From NCBI GenBank assembly GCA_951406725.2, contig OX597818.1, positions 60,636,001 to 60,700,000 on the forward strand: a stretch of DNA of 64,000 bases. Direction: 5' to 3'. The position numbers were made by a program, and so were the translations under genes. This DNA comes from Octopus vulgaris. Lineage: Eukaryota. The number at the start of each line of letters is the position of its first letter. Within the stretch, counting starts at the first letter, position 1. The notes under the pieces are model-generated. The model ran no database searches. It was not told the DNA's origin and saw nothing but the letters and a program-made list of their open reading frames with translations. Shown piece by piece: positions 23,790-36,972 of the stretch.

Positions 23790-24462
23790 CAGGGCTGGTC
23801 AGCCTGAAGCCCGGAGGCCACATGCGGCCTGCACACTTTTATCTTGCAGCCTGCTTGATACTTGAAATGGGTGACCTCTATATCGCATTTAATTTCAAAA
23901 TACAATTTTTGTGTGCGAAACATTGGTTTGAAAATAAATTTAAAATTTAAAAGCTGCAATAAAGCACTTGCCTACAAGTTTGTAATTTTAAACAAACGAA
24001 AAGTATTTTAAAATTCTTGATTATTTGATTATTGGGGTACTACTAGCGAACATTGGTCCCGGTGCGCTCACTCGCGCATCCGCGCTAGCTAGTCGTAAGT
24101 AGTCGATCCCACAACGACTTGCACGTATGTTTGTATTTAAAGGTTGAATACGTATCAAAGAAAATTAAATAATATTTTTCGAACAAAGGAAATAAAACGC
24201 TAAGTAAATAATTTTTTAAACTAAGTAAATAAATTATTTTTATAAACAAACTAGGATTAGGGTTTAAAATTTAGGGTTAGGCTTAGGATTAGTGTTAAAA
24301 AGTCGTTGTAGGATCGACTACTTATGGCTAGCTAGCGCGGATGCGCGAGTGCGCGCACCGGGACCAATGTTCGCTAGTAGTCCCGATTATTGGTGCATAA
24401 AGTACACAAGCGGCCCTCAAAAAACTTTTGGCCCGCAATGTAATTCGAGTTGGCCGGGCCTA
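23790..24462. mobile_element. hAT (Charlie-like) MITE interrupted by a nested MITE
   Basis: Ends CAGGGCTGGTCAGC / GTTGGCCGGGCCTA; perfect 8-bp TSD TATTAGAC (23782-23789, 24463-24470). Confidence 0.85.
24036..24384. mobile_element. Mutator-like MITE
   Basis: About 85-bp TIRs; perfect 9-bp TSD GATTATTGG (24027-24035, 24385-24393); internal TTAGGG-like repeats. Confidence 0.8.
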
Positions 24463-25173
24463 TATTAGACCTTCTTTCATTTTCAAGAAATCATATTCTA
24501 AACATAGCGACCCTAATTTAGTACTACAGATTAGACCACTTAGTATTCGTTAAAAGCTAAGTTCACTATCCTAATCCTTTTTCCACCGAGATTCTTTGCT
24601 ATAAAACATGAAATGATAAGTGTAACCAACGACGCTAAAAGTTGTAAACAACGACGCTATTCTTCACAAAATGCCATATAGAATATATAAATTATAGATA
24701 AGTAAGTAGCAGACAACCGTTTAGCAACAGATGCATCAGAGTGCTTTGGAATGTATGCCATTCCACTCGAGGGGTACAGATAATTATTTATTGTATACGC
24801 CTTCATGAAGACACTGTACCGGTTGTATTTGTGACTAACGACGCTGTTCTACACAAAATGCCACATATAAAATATAAATAAATAAGCAGTAGACAAAAGT
24901 TCAGCAACCGATGATTGAGAGGCAAAAGCAAAAAGAATATTTCGCCCCAGTGAAATTTCTAAGATGAATAGAAATTGTCAGAGATCAAAGGGTAAGGAGT
25001 TCGATACAGAGAAAGTAGGAACTGATCTGGTTAGTTATAAGATCAAAAGATAAATCGAAATCAAATTAAATTTACAAGTGTAGATTTGGGCAATTGGTGA
25101 ATGACAATAGCAGCTTGCCTTAGTTAGATAAGAGGCTACATATATATGCATATGTGCATGTATACTTATATAT

Positions 25174-25257
<84 letters not shown>

Positions 25258-25314
25258 GATACAATTACATATACATACATATATATATATTGGTGCCTTG
25301 TACCACTAATATTG

Positions 25315-25347
<33 letters not shown>

Positions 25348-25369
25348 AAGACAGTGTGACAGGCATAGG

Positions 25370-25468
<99 letters not shown>
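25370..25468. repeat. (GATA)n microsatellite
   Basis: Directly visible. Confidence 0.95.
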
Positions 25469-25564
25469 GGATCAATGGATGATGGACCGGCGTGTTGGGA
25501 GAGAAGTGACAAATTGCAACTAGAGAGAGATGGAGAGCGATAGACTAAAGGTTAGAGGGTGAAT

Positions 25565-25599
<35 letters not shown>

Positions 25600-25646
25600 A
25601 CACACACACACACGAACACACATACACATTTTCATCGTTTGACATT

Positions 25647-25695
<49 letters not shown>

Positions 25696-26071
25696 TCAAA
25701 TTACGACGGACGTAAACAAACAAACGAAGTTTGCTTTCGAAGAGTTGAGATGTGTTAGAAAGTTAAAGAAGTGACTTTTATATTCTCAAACGCAGGATAA
25801 TGCTAATAATATAGCCTGAACAGGATGAGCTACCCCTATTTTGCAGAAAAATGTTGGCGGCCGGCTATGAAACACGAACTCACACCTCCGTGATTAGACG
25901 TATCCCTGATGATTCATTCTGTTTAAGCATCCTAATGCACTTGGTTCATCTAATGCAGTGTTCCAAACACCCAGAATGGTGAAACGCACATAGGAACTAA
26001 TATAATAATATTATTATTATTATTATTAATATTATTATCATTATTATTATTATTAGTATTAGTATTATTAT

Positions 26072-26596
26072 TGAGTGAGAGAGCAGCGTATGCCACCAAA
26101 GTGAAACTGGGGCAAAATATACTAAGTCCAGTATACCCATTATGACTACCCGTCTGATTAGGGTACTCCAGTCCGCGACATGGTAATCTCATATCAAGAT
26201 AAACAGCACATGACCTTGCAGGTGGGGCCCAGTTAGAATTTTCTTCAGGTCGAGTAGCCCATCCCGCTCAAAATGTCCCTGAATAAAGGCTGTTTAAGGA
26301 TGATGAACAAGACACCCATGTTTCCAGAGGTGAATTATTCAAGCCCCAAAGAATTCCTCCCAACACATGGCTAAGATGCTTCCCCACTACCCCTGCTCGT
26401 GCTCAGAGATGCACATATCGTCAGCCACTAAGGGACATGCTCATCTCATTAAAGTCAAACAACTGACAAGCAAATCTGTTGTATTGAGCAGAATATTTGC
26501 TGTAGCCCATCTTTTATACCAAGACAAAACAATGTACATGATAACACTTCCGATCAGTTAAGATCAGAAGCCATGAGTGACACTACCTGGTACTGC

Positions 26597-26600
<4 letters not shown>
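26072..26600. mobile_element. Putative ~530-bp non-coding insertion in a (TAA)n tract
   Basis: GC-richer block with sharp (TTA)n borders on both sides and no convincing ORF. Confidence 0.4.
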
Positions 26601-26650
<50 letters not shown>

Positions 26651-26654
26651 CATC

Positions 26655-27295
26655 ATCATTTTCATTAGCATCTTCTTTCAATTCTGCTTGTATTTCTTTC
26701 CGAATGTCTTCGTGACACCTAGGGCCGAGAAACGTACTGCATACATTTGTAGGCCATGAAAGCAAGCACATGATATTGTTCATTTACAGAGTCATGTGAT
26801 AGAGAATAAGAGGAAGACAGAGAGAAAAATGAAAATATAAAAAATAGAAAAATAAACAAATAAAGGGGGAAAAGGAAAGAAAATTTACAGCGACAAGGCT
26901 TTTCTCAATACGTGTGATGTACCAGTTAAGACAATCTTTTGCACTTCCTGCATGGGTGGTAAGCCTGGGATCATTCTTAAATAATTTTCAGTTCCTTTAC
27001 AGATCCTTAAATAATTTTCAGTTCCTAGTGCTCCAACAATTACTTGTATTACAATACCTATTTCTTTACTACCCACAAGGGTCTAAACATAGAGGGGACA
27101 AACAAGGACAGACATAGGTATTAAGTCGATTACATCGACCCCTGGTACTTAATTTATCGACCCCGAAAGGATGAAAGGCAAAGTCGACCTCGGCGGAATT
27201 TGAGCTCACAACGTAACGGCAGACGAAAGCGTAACGACTACAATACCGTCTTGAGATGACACATTTTTTCGATTTCGATTAGAAAATCTTTATAT
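26655..27295 (-). mobile_element. R4/Dong-like (restriction-like endonuclease) LINE 3' end, interrupted by SINE B
   Basis: Removing the SINE joins YKDFLIEIEKMCHLKTV to IQVIVGALG...IPGLPPMQEVQKIVLTGTSHVLRKALSL*; the 3' UTR ends in (AAT)n. Confidence 0.75.
27056..27232 (-). mobile_element. 5'-truncated SINE family B
   Basis: TSD TACAATACC at 27050-27058 and 27239-27247. Confidence 0.8.
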
Positions 27296-27296
27296 A

Positions 27297-27720
27297 GGCG
27301 CAGGAGTGGCTGTGTGGTAAGTAGCTTGCTAACCAACCACATGGTTCCAGGTTCAGTCCCACCGCGTGGCATCTTGGGCAAGCGTCTTCTGCTATAACCC
27401 CGGGCCGACCAATGCCTTGTGAGTGGATTTGGTAGACGGAAACTGAAAGAAGCCTGTCGTATATATGTGTATATATATATATGTGTGTGTGTGTGTTTAT
27501 ATGTTTGTGTGTCTGTGTTTGTCCCCCTAGCATCGCTTGACAACCGATGCTGGTGTGTTTACGTCCCCGTAACTTAGCGGTTCGGCAAAAGAGACTGATA
27601 GAATAAGTACTGGGCTTACAAAGAATAAGTCCCGGGGTCGATTTGCTCGACTAAATGCGGTGCTCCAGCATGGCCGTAGTCAAATGACTGAAACAAGTAA
27701 GAGAGTAAAAGAGTAAGAGT
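27297..27720 (+). mobile_element. SINE family A, full length
   Basis: tRNA-like head, CORE-like motif, internal (TA/TG) tract and (AAGAGT)n tail. Confidence 0.9.
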
Positions 27721-28455
27721 ATATAAACCGGGCCCTTCGAGCCTGACTAGGCTTGAAAAGTGTGACGTTTTATTCCGATTAGCATCAGAACATGTATCGA
27801 ACGCCTCTAATTTTGTCGTTACGATTAGACAGCTGCTTTACATATCAGAAGCTACGTTAGCTATCAACCATCTCTTGCCACTCAGATTCCTTACTACAGA
27901 ACGTGAAATAGTAACTGCGATAGGAATCAACAATATCTTTAAGCTGTGGGGCTTTGTTTTTTTTTTAATTCACTTAACGAGATAATCGCTTCGGAGAACA
28001 CGAATAAATTATTTTAAATGGAATAAAGGAAAACAAAAAATCCTGGGCGCCATTCTTGCAGCTTGCAGCTTGACAGCTACTTCAGCTGTGCCTTATTCAC
28101 GTATATTGTTTTATCACAATGCAAAGAGGTGCTTATATTGCTTAACACTTTGAGCTGATCATTTCTGCGAATATTTTTATTTTGTTAAATAAATGTGAAG
28201 TGGTTCTAAATTTTCCGAATATTATCAGTTTGTGTCGATTTGTTTTAAAAGCTTCTTCTACCTTTTTTTTCTCGCTTTTCTTCATTTTTACACCCGTAGA
28301 TTGTCAGGAGAGCCAAATTATATTTTATACGAAATTTTATGTCAAGTGAAATGTGAAAATTTTAGCGAGTAATAATTTTTCTCTGCTCAAAACAACTGAA
28401 TCTACGGTCGTCATACTTCGTATATAATACAATAAATAAATAAATAAACATATAC

Positions 28456-28497
<42 letters not shown>

Positions 28498-28769
28498 CAT
28501 ATATTTAATGTAGTAACAATATTAACACTGTTAAACCTATCCTGGGTATAAAAAAGTTATATTTCTTTATATTTTCAGTTGTCCATAACTTTTTGAAACC
28601 GAGCATCAAGCGATTATCAACTGATAAAATATATTTTGTTCAAAAGAGTATTTTTATATAATTTGTTGTGAATAAATAACGGAACCGTCCAAAATTGTAC
28701 GAATTCTTCAAGATATGTTTGGTAATTCACGGAATTGGTGCAAGCAGAGTAGAAGGGAGAGTAAATTGT

Positions 28770-29127
28770 ATTCTTTTATTTGTTTCAGTCATTTGACTGC
28801 GGCGATGCTGAAGCACCGCTTTTAGTCGAACGAATCGACCCACACACTTATTCTTTGCGAGCCTAGTACTTATCCCATAGATCTCTGTTGCCGAACCGCT
28901 AGGTTACGGGGACGTAAACACACCAACATCTGTTGTCAAACGATGATGGGGGGGGGACAAACACGACGAGCTTCTTTCAGTTTCCGGCTACCAAATCCAC
29001 TCACAAGGCTTCGGTCGGCTCGAGGCTATAGTAGAAGACACTGGCCTAGGGTGACACTCGGTGGGTCTGAACCCGGAACCATGTGGTTGGTAAGAAAGCT
29101 ACTTACCACACAGCCATGCCTGCGCCT
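28770..29127 (-). mobile_element. SINE family A
   Basis: Family alignment. Confidence 0.8.
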
Positions 29128-29169
29128 GTTCAATTGTTTTTTACTACAATTTACAAATCCATCAAGATT

Positions 29170-30047
29170 GATTTCAAATTTCAGGCAGAAAGCCAGCAAT
29201 TTCGAGGGACGGGGTAAGTCGACTCTATCGACTCCATACACAACTGGTACTTATTTTATCAACTCCGAAAGGATGAAAAGTAAAATCGACCTGGGCGGAA
29301 TCTGAACTCAGAACGTAAACACGGACGAAATACTGCTCAGCATTTTGCCTGACTTGCAAACGATCTTATCAGCTCGCAGCCTTAAAAATAATAATAATCA
29401 TTTCTACTATAGGCAAAAGGCCTGAAATTTGGGACAGGAGGGCTAGTCGATTACATCGACCCCAGTAATCAACTAGTACTTAATTATGGACTCCGAAAAG
29501 ATGAAAGGCAAAGTCGACCTCGACGGAATTTGAACTCAGAACGTCAAGACAGACGAAATCCTGCTAAGCATTTCGTCCGGCGTGCTAACGTTTCTTATTT
29601 CTTTATGCCCTCAAGGGGCTAAACATTGAGGGGACAAACAAAGACAGACAAACGGATTAAGTCGATTACATCGACCCCAGTGCGTAACTGGTACTTCTTT
29701 AATCGACCCCGAAAGGATGAAAGGCAAAGTCTACCTCGGCGGAATTTGCACTCAGAACGTAAAGACAGACCATATAGTGTTAAGCATTTCGCCCGGGGTG
29801 CTAACGTTTCTGCCAGCTCGCCGCCTTTTAAAACAAAAATACTCTTTTCTACTCTAGGCACAATGTCCGAAAATTTGGGGGATGGAGCCAGTGGATTAAA
29901 TTGACCCTAGTATGCAACTGGTACTTAATTCATCAATCCCAAAAGGCAAAGTCGACCTTGCGGGATTTGAACCCAGAACGTAAAGACCGACGAAATACTG
30001 CAAAGCATTGCACCCGGTGTGCTAATGTTTCTACCCGCTCGCTGCCC
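29170..30047 (-). mobile_element. Run of four SINE family B copies
   Basis: Repeated GAAAGGATGAAAGGCAAAGTCGACC-type bodies. Confidence 0.8.
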
Positions 30048-30240
30048 TCCTCCACTCGAGAATCAAAAACACAATGTTTCTTTTCGGCTCATCCGAACGT
30101 GAATATCTAATCGCCGAGAGGTAGGAGGTGTTCTCTGGTGATAGAAAACAACAGCGATCAGGTAGGCACTTTAGAATCTGCCAAAACGTTATTCTTCTAA
30201 CTTATTTACTTCTGTTATTGACCTAAATTAACTTTTATAT

Positions 30241-30338
30241 AGTTCTATATTTAAGAGATGATGCGTATGGCGTAGTGGTTAAGAGCGCGGGCTACTAACC
30301 CCAAGATTTCGAGTTTGATTCCAACCAGTGAACTGAAC

Positions 30339-30375
<37 letters not shown>

Positions 30376-30518
30376 TCGAAGTTTTACCTTAAGAATGAGA
30401 ACCCAGGTTAGAAATTTCCCCAAGATACCTGATGAAGGCTGGAGGGTATATCAGCCGAAATGTTGTGTTAACAACAAACAAAATGAGGACAAATATCCGT
30501 CAAATGTAAATAATGTAA
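30241..30518 (+). mobile_element. tRNA(Ser)-like-headed SINE with (TAA)n linker and HHR-bearing PLE-type tail
   Basis: A box TGGCGTAGTGG 30268-30278, B box GAGTTTGATTCC 30311-30322, HHR at 30424-30469; tail shared with 60804-60935. Confidence 0.7.
30424..30469 (+). ncRNA. Minimal type I hammerhead motif
   Basis: GATAC-CTGATGA-A-GGCTG...CAGCC-GAA-ATGT-T-GTGTT; the copy at 60806-60846 retains GAAACGTT. Confidence 0.7.
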
Positions 30519-31079
30519 TTTTTATATATTTTATTGTTTATTTGTTTGTGTCATTGAATTGCAGTCACAGTGGGATCACCGCCTTGACGGGGTTTTAGTC
30601 TAACGAATCTACTCCAGTGTCTTTTATTTTTCAGCCTGCTATGTATTTTATCTAATTCTTATGACGAGCCGCTAAGTTATATTTTGCAAATTATTTTCTC
30701 ATCATTATATTAAAAATTAAAACCACTTATAATTGAATTTTATGTCTTTAAGAAAGTAGATGCGTGTTACAGAACTGCAGGCGTTGACATATAGTTAGAA
30801 GACCATATTGGTGTGTCTTTTGACAGATCTCCAGCCAAGTTTAGTCTATGTCAGTAGTTTTCGATCTTGGCGAAAAATCAAAACCTTAAAATTGAACCTA
30901 TTCTTTGTATGATCTATCGCCAGGCATCGGCTGTGAAGTGTTAGACACTGTAGCAAAGTATGGTGATATGAATGATGTGAACAAGACTATCGTTGCTGTC
31001 AAAGGGCATTCACTAAACATTAGGTTGTTCCATGATTTGTGAAGGGGTGGGCGAGCTTTCTTCGCCTTTATATAGCCAT

Positions 31080-31177
<98 letters not shown>

Positions 31178-31182
31178 ATGTG

Positions 31183-31232
<50 letters not shown>

Positions 31233-31896
31233 GAGTGATGTTTCTCTGTCCGTTACGTTTTTATGTTCCTTAACTCTACCTAAACCGTTGGTGCAAGTAC
31301 AACGAAACTCAAACCAGCAACTCCCCTAAACCCAGAAAAATTCCTAAGGGGGCTTATTCTTTTAAGTGCCGCCTAATTGGGGGCCCCACTGACCTCCCTA
31401 TTTTTACAGAATTTTAAGCTACATACACGGCATTGGCAACCAAATCGGAGCAATAAAAATGAATTTCATATCATGAACTCCTAGGGAGTAGCATAATGAG
31501 GTTCAATTTCTAAAGGGCCGCTTAAGTGGGTCCTCACTGACCTCCCCATTATTTTTACTGCAGTGACCTCTCTCCTACGCTTATTAATTAAACAAGGATC
31601 TGCACCAGGGCTTAGTACATCTGCAGATGTACTAATGGGAGATGGGGTTTTAGGAATGGGTGCGAGTGGAGTATAGTTATTGAGTATATGGTATGGGGTA
31701 TGGGGTAATATGTCGGGTAGGGAGTTTGGAATGGGGTACCGTATAATTAATACCAGGAGCCGAGTCCATTACATTACGCAATGGTAGAGGGCCTCTAAGT
31801 GACCCGATAGTGGGGTCGGAGGCCTAAAACGTGCTCACCGCAGGAGATGGCCTTATGCCACACGAAAGGTGGCTTCAAAGTTATATATATGTGTGT

Positions 31897-31936
<40 letters not shown>

Positions 31937-32324
31937 GCACACATACATACACACACACACATATATATACATACTTATACTTTTATTTGTTTCAGTCAGT
32001 TGTAAGCCTAGTACTTATTCTATCGGTCTCTTTTGCCGAACCACTAATTTACGGGGACGTAAACACACCAACATCGGCTGTCAAGCGATGATGGGGGGAG
32101 GACAAACACAGACACACAAACATATATATGTATATTAGATCGGTAGCCACTACACACATTTTTTTCTATCCTTGTTTCTTTCTGTGTTCCTCTTTGTGGA
32201 AGTGCGTAGGATCGAAACGTTAAAGACATTTTTCAATTCCCGAGCGTTATACTAATATATCTGTTTATTTTCTACACCACCTGTCTTCGTTTTTTGTTTG
32301 TTTTGTTTTTCGTGAATTCTCCCT

Positions 32325-32364
<40 letters not shown>

Positions 32365-32789
32365 GACTGGCTTCTTTCAAATACACTGTCAAGGCTTTCG
32401 TCGGCCAAGGTTATAGCAGAAGACACTTGCCCAAGGTGCCACGCAGTGGAACTTAACCCGGAACCATGTGACTGGTAAGCAAGCTACTTACCACACAGCC
32501 ACTCCATTCTCTTCCTTGCTAGTCTTTGACTAGTTCTTCTCAGGATTTTATTTATTTATCTAAGTTGAATCAACGCAAAGGACCATTCAAATTCTCTCAT
32601 ATCTCATAAACGACTTTATTGTATGAACTTAGTGGGTTTATTACCTGTCTTTGAAGAATCACTATAAACTTCCTTCCTGCTGACTCACTTGGTTTTCTGT
32701 AAAAATTATATATTTTTGTAGACTCTTCTATGTAAATGCTCATCCTCATATATTCCCGTCACGAGTTTTTTTATTTATTTTTTTTTTTT

Positions 32790-32984
32790 TATTTGTTTCA
32801 GTCATTTGACTGCGGCCATGCTGCAGCACCGCCTTTAGTCGAGCAAATCGACCCCAGGACTTATTCTTTGTAAGCCTAGTACTTATTCTATCGGTCTCTT
32901 TTGCCGAACCGCTAAGTGACGGGGACGTAAACACACCAGCATCGGTTGTCAAGCAATGCTAGGGGGACAAACACAGGCACACAA

Positions 32985-33015
<31 letters not shown>

Positions 33016-33175
33016 CATATATACGACAGGCTTCTTTCAGTTTCCGTCTACCAAATCCACTCACAAGGCATTGGTCGGCCCGGGGCTATAGCAGAAGACA
33101 CTTGCCCAAGATGCCACGCAGTGGGACTGAACCCGGAGCCATGTGGTTGGTTAGCAAGCTACTTACCACAGAGCC
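32790..33175 (-). mobile_element. SINE family A
   Basis: Family alignment. Confidence 0.85.
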
Positions 33176-33610
33176 AAGCATATATATTTCTACTTATGCG
33201 TTGATTAGTTTGATAAATATATGTATGTGTGTGTGTGTGTTCTTTTACTTGCATCAGTCTTCTGGCTGTGGCCATACTGGAGCCTTAAAGGATTTTAGTC
33301 GAAGAAATCGACTCCAGGACTTATTCTTTGTAAGCATGGTACTTAGGTTTCGGCAAAAGAAACTGACAATGCAAGTATTAGGCTCAAAGGAAATAAGAAC
33401 GGGGATCGATTCGTTCGACTAAAATTCTTCACGGTGGTGCCCCAGCATGGCCACAATCTAATGACTGAAAAATCTTGCCCGTAAATCTAATGAGGTTTGC
33501 ATCTGATAGGACCCTATGGTGTACGTGTCTGAAGGCTCTATCTCCGAGGATTGAACCACGACCCTCCCAGGAATAGTGGGCCGAGAAGACGTATGGATGG
33601 AATGTATCTT

Positions 33611-33662
<52 letters not shown>

Positions 33663-33666
<4 letters not shown>

Positions 33667-34450
33667 TCTTTACTCTTTTACTTGTTTCAGTCATTCGACT
33701 GCGGCCATGCTGGAGCACCGCCTTTAATCGAGCAACTCGACCCGGGACTTATTCTTTTGTAAGCCTAGTACTTATTCTATCGGTTCTTTTGCCGAACCGC
33801 TCAGTAACGGGGACATAAACACACCAGCATCGGTTGTCAACCAATGCTAGGGGGACAAACACAGAGCACAAACAAACACACGCATATATATATATATACA
33901 TATATACGACGGGCTTCTTTCAGTTTCCGTCTACCAAATCCACTCACAAGGCTTTGGTCGGCCCGAGACTATAGTAGAAGACACCTACCCAAGGTGCCAC
34001 GCAGTGGGACTGAACCCGGAACTATATATATATAGGCGCAGGAGTGGCTGTGCGGTAAGTAGCTTGTTGACCAACCACATGATTCCGGGTTCAGTCCCAT
34101 TGCGTGGCACTTTGAGCAAGTGTCTTCTGCTTTAGCCTTGGACCGACGAAAACCTTGTGAGTGAATTTGGTAGACGGAAACTGAAAGAAGCCCGTCGTAT
34201 ATATGTATATATGTGTATATGTATGTGTTTGTGTATGCTCGTGTGTCTGTGTTTGTCCACCCAACGTCGCTTGACAACCGATGCTGATGTGTTTACGTCC
34301 CCGTAACTTAGCGGCGCGGCATAAGAGACCAATAGAATAAGTACTAGGCTTACAAAGAATGTTCTGGGGTCGATGTGCTCGACTAAAGGCGGTGCTCCAG
34401 CATGGCCACAGTCAAATGACTGAAGCAAGTAAAAGAGTAAAGAGTAAGAG
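33663..34450. mobile_element. Two head-to-head SINE family A copies (33663-34022 minus, 34035-34450 plus)
   Basis: Family alignment; separated by a short (TA)n tract. Confidence 0.85.
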
Positions 34451-34494
34451 TATACCACCACCAATTGATATAAAAAGATATTCCGCCATCGAAA

Positions 34495-34890
34495 GGCGGC
34501 GAGCTGGCAGAATCGTTAGCACGCCGGACGGAATGCTTAACGGTGTTTCGTCTGCCGTTACGTTCTGAGTTCAAATTCCGCCGAGGTCGACTTTGCCTTT
34601 CATCATTTTCGGGGTCGATGAATTAAGTACCAGTTACGCACTGGGGTCGAATTAATCGACTTAATCCGTTTGTCTGTCATTGTTTGTCCTCTCTGTGTTT
34701 AGCCCCTTGTGGGTAGTAAAGAAACAGGTATTTCGTCCGTGTTCACCTTCTGAGTACAAATTCCGCCGAAATCGACCTAACCTTTTATTCCTTCGGAGAT
34801 CGATAAAATAAGTCCTAAGTGAGGACAGTGGTCAATGTAATACTTTCACCTTTGCCCCGAAGTTGCTGGCCTTGGACCAAAATTTGAAAT
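34495..34890 (+). mobile_element. SINE family B, dimeric
   Basis: Restart at GGTATTTCGTC after the GAAACAGG tail. Confidence 0.8.
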
Positions 34891-35055
34891 CAATATTCTG
34901 CCATCCTCATAAAACACTCCACTTGCACTCAACCATAATAATTCAACGCACCAACACCCATCCAACGAATAGTTATTTTCACCAAAATATTTCCCAATTA
35001 TTTTCAATTAAATCTTAGCATTCGCTATCAGATATATTTACCTCCATTCTTATTC

Positions 35056-35168
<113 letters not shown>

Positions 35169-35590
35169 CCAATTAATAAATTTGGGACAGCTTAGCGTCG
35201 AAGTCTACCACCCTCCAACACCCACCCTCCACTCCACACAATAACCAGCTTTCAATCATTTTCTTTAACCACCTCAAATAATTTATGCGAATTCCTACTC
35301 ACCCTACGCATGTCCATACCCATAAGCCTACTGAACGTCATAAACTCTCATAAATATCTATTTGACAACTGCAAAGGTTACTTAGGTGATTGCTTCGTTC
35401 TGTGGACACACGGCTTTGACCAGCTCATTGGTTTCAAAGCTTAATTAATGACACAAACTACAATATACAGTTCACAATGGAACAGAGTCAAAATTAAACA
35501 ACCTTCTTGGACATTTTAATAATTCAAAATGACAGAAAGATCAAAACTTACATCTACTACAACCCGACAGATTACAGACAATACAGACCA

Positions 35591-36258
35591 TTGTGGTTCC
35601 TCGGTTTACGAATTTAGTTCGTTCCTGAAGGCCGTTTGTCGTTCGAAATGTTTATAAACTGAAACTATTTCTTCCTATAAGAAATTCAAGAAAAGGGCTG
35701 GCAAATTCGAGCTGGCATGGCCACTGATCAAAAGTCAGACGGCAGCTAATGCTCTCCCGCTGATACTCTAAGCTTGGTGAAAAACAGTTTTTGCTGAATT
35801 GCGTGTTTGTTACTCGAAGCACCGTTCGTTACTCGAAGCACCGTTCGTTACTCGAGACGTTTTATGCTCAAAAATGACAGAAAGATCAAAACTTACATCT
35901 ACTACAAACCGACAGATTACAGACAATACAGGCTATTGTGGTTCCTCGGTTTACGAATTTAATTCGTTCCTGAAGGCCGTTTGTCATTCGAAATGTTTGT
36001 AAACTGAAACTATTTCTTCCTATAAGAAATTCAAGAGAAGGGCTGGCAAATTCGAGTAGGGATGACCACTGATCAAAAGTCAGACGGCAGCCAACGCTCA
36101 CCCGCTCATACTCTCAGCTTGTTGCTAACATTTGTTGCTGACTTGCGTGTTCGTTACTCGAGTCACCGTTCGTCACTCGAGACGTTTTATGCTCGAAAAT
36201 TTGTTTGTACAATTGATATGCTCGTAATGAGATGCGTTCGTAAACCGAGGTCACACTA
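35591..36258. mobile_element. pogo/Tigger-like MITE with a 345-bp tandem duplication of its left junction
   Basis: TIR CCTCGGTTTACGAA / TTCGTAAACCGAGG in TA context; 35526-35870 is repeated at 35871 to about 36200. Confidence 0.7.
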
Positions 36259-36625
36259 TATTTACTTCCTTCAAGTTAAATCTTACAAAAGCAAATACAC
36301 CGTTTGACCTTGCACGAAGAACATGCGCAATTAGTTTTTGTAACTTAGAATAAACTCGGAATAAAACTGCAAAAACGAAAAGCAAACATAGTTGAAAGAC
36401 TGTAGCAAACAATGTTAATTGACAACAGAACAGAATGTGATAAATCAATAGTCATTTAAGAATTACGAAGAACAAATATACTTCAGAAACATCCGCTACA
36501 CTTCCTAACATTACAAAACACAATCTAAGTAATAAAATGACATGCAACAATATTCATTAAAATAATTCATTATTGGAGAAAGAACAAAGAATACGAAAGG
36601 CACTTGAAATATACAAAATAATGTG

Positions 36626-36972
36626 GAAGAACTCCGTCGGTTACGACGACGAGGGTTCCGGTTGATCCGAATCAACGGAACAGCCTGCTCGTGAAATTAA
36701 CGTGTAAGTGGCTGAGCACTCCACAGACACGTGTACCCTTAGCGTAGTTCGCGGGGATATTCAGCGTGACACAGAGAGTGACAAGGCCGGCCCTTTGAAA
36801 TACAGGTACAACAGAAACAGGAAGTAAGAGTGAGAGAAAGTTGTGGTGAAAGAGTACAGCAGGGATCACCACCATCGCTCAATAAACACTCACAACGCCC
36901 GGTCTGGGAATCGAAACCGCGATCCTACGACCGCGAGTCCGCTGCCCTAACCACTGGGCCATTGCGCCTCCA
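36626..36972 (-). mobile_element. SINE family C
   Basis: Nearly identical to 23135-23487; approximate TSD TATA(C/T)AAAATAA. Confidence 0.85.

Noticed and set aside
25860-25920. GAAACACG...CGTG and CTGATGA suggesting a permuted hammerhead
   Set aside because: No valid NUH triplet and no stem I or stem II pairing could be built.
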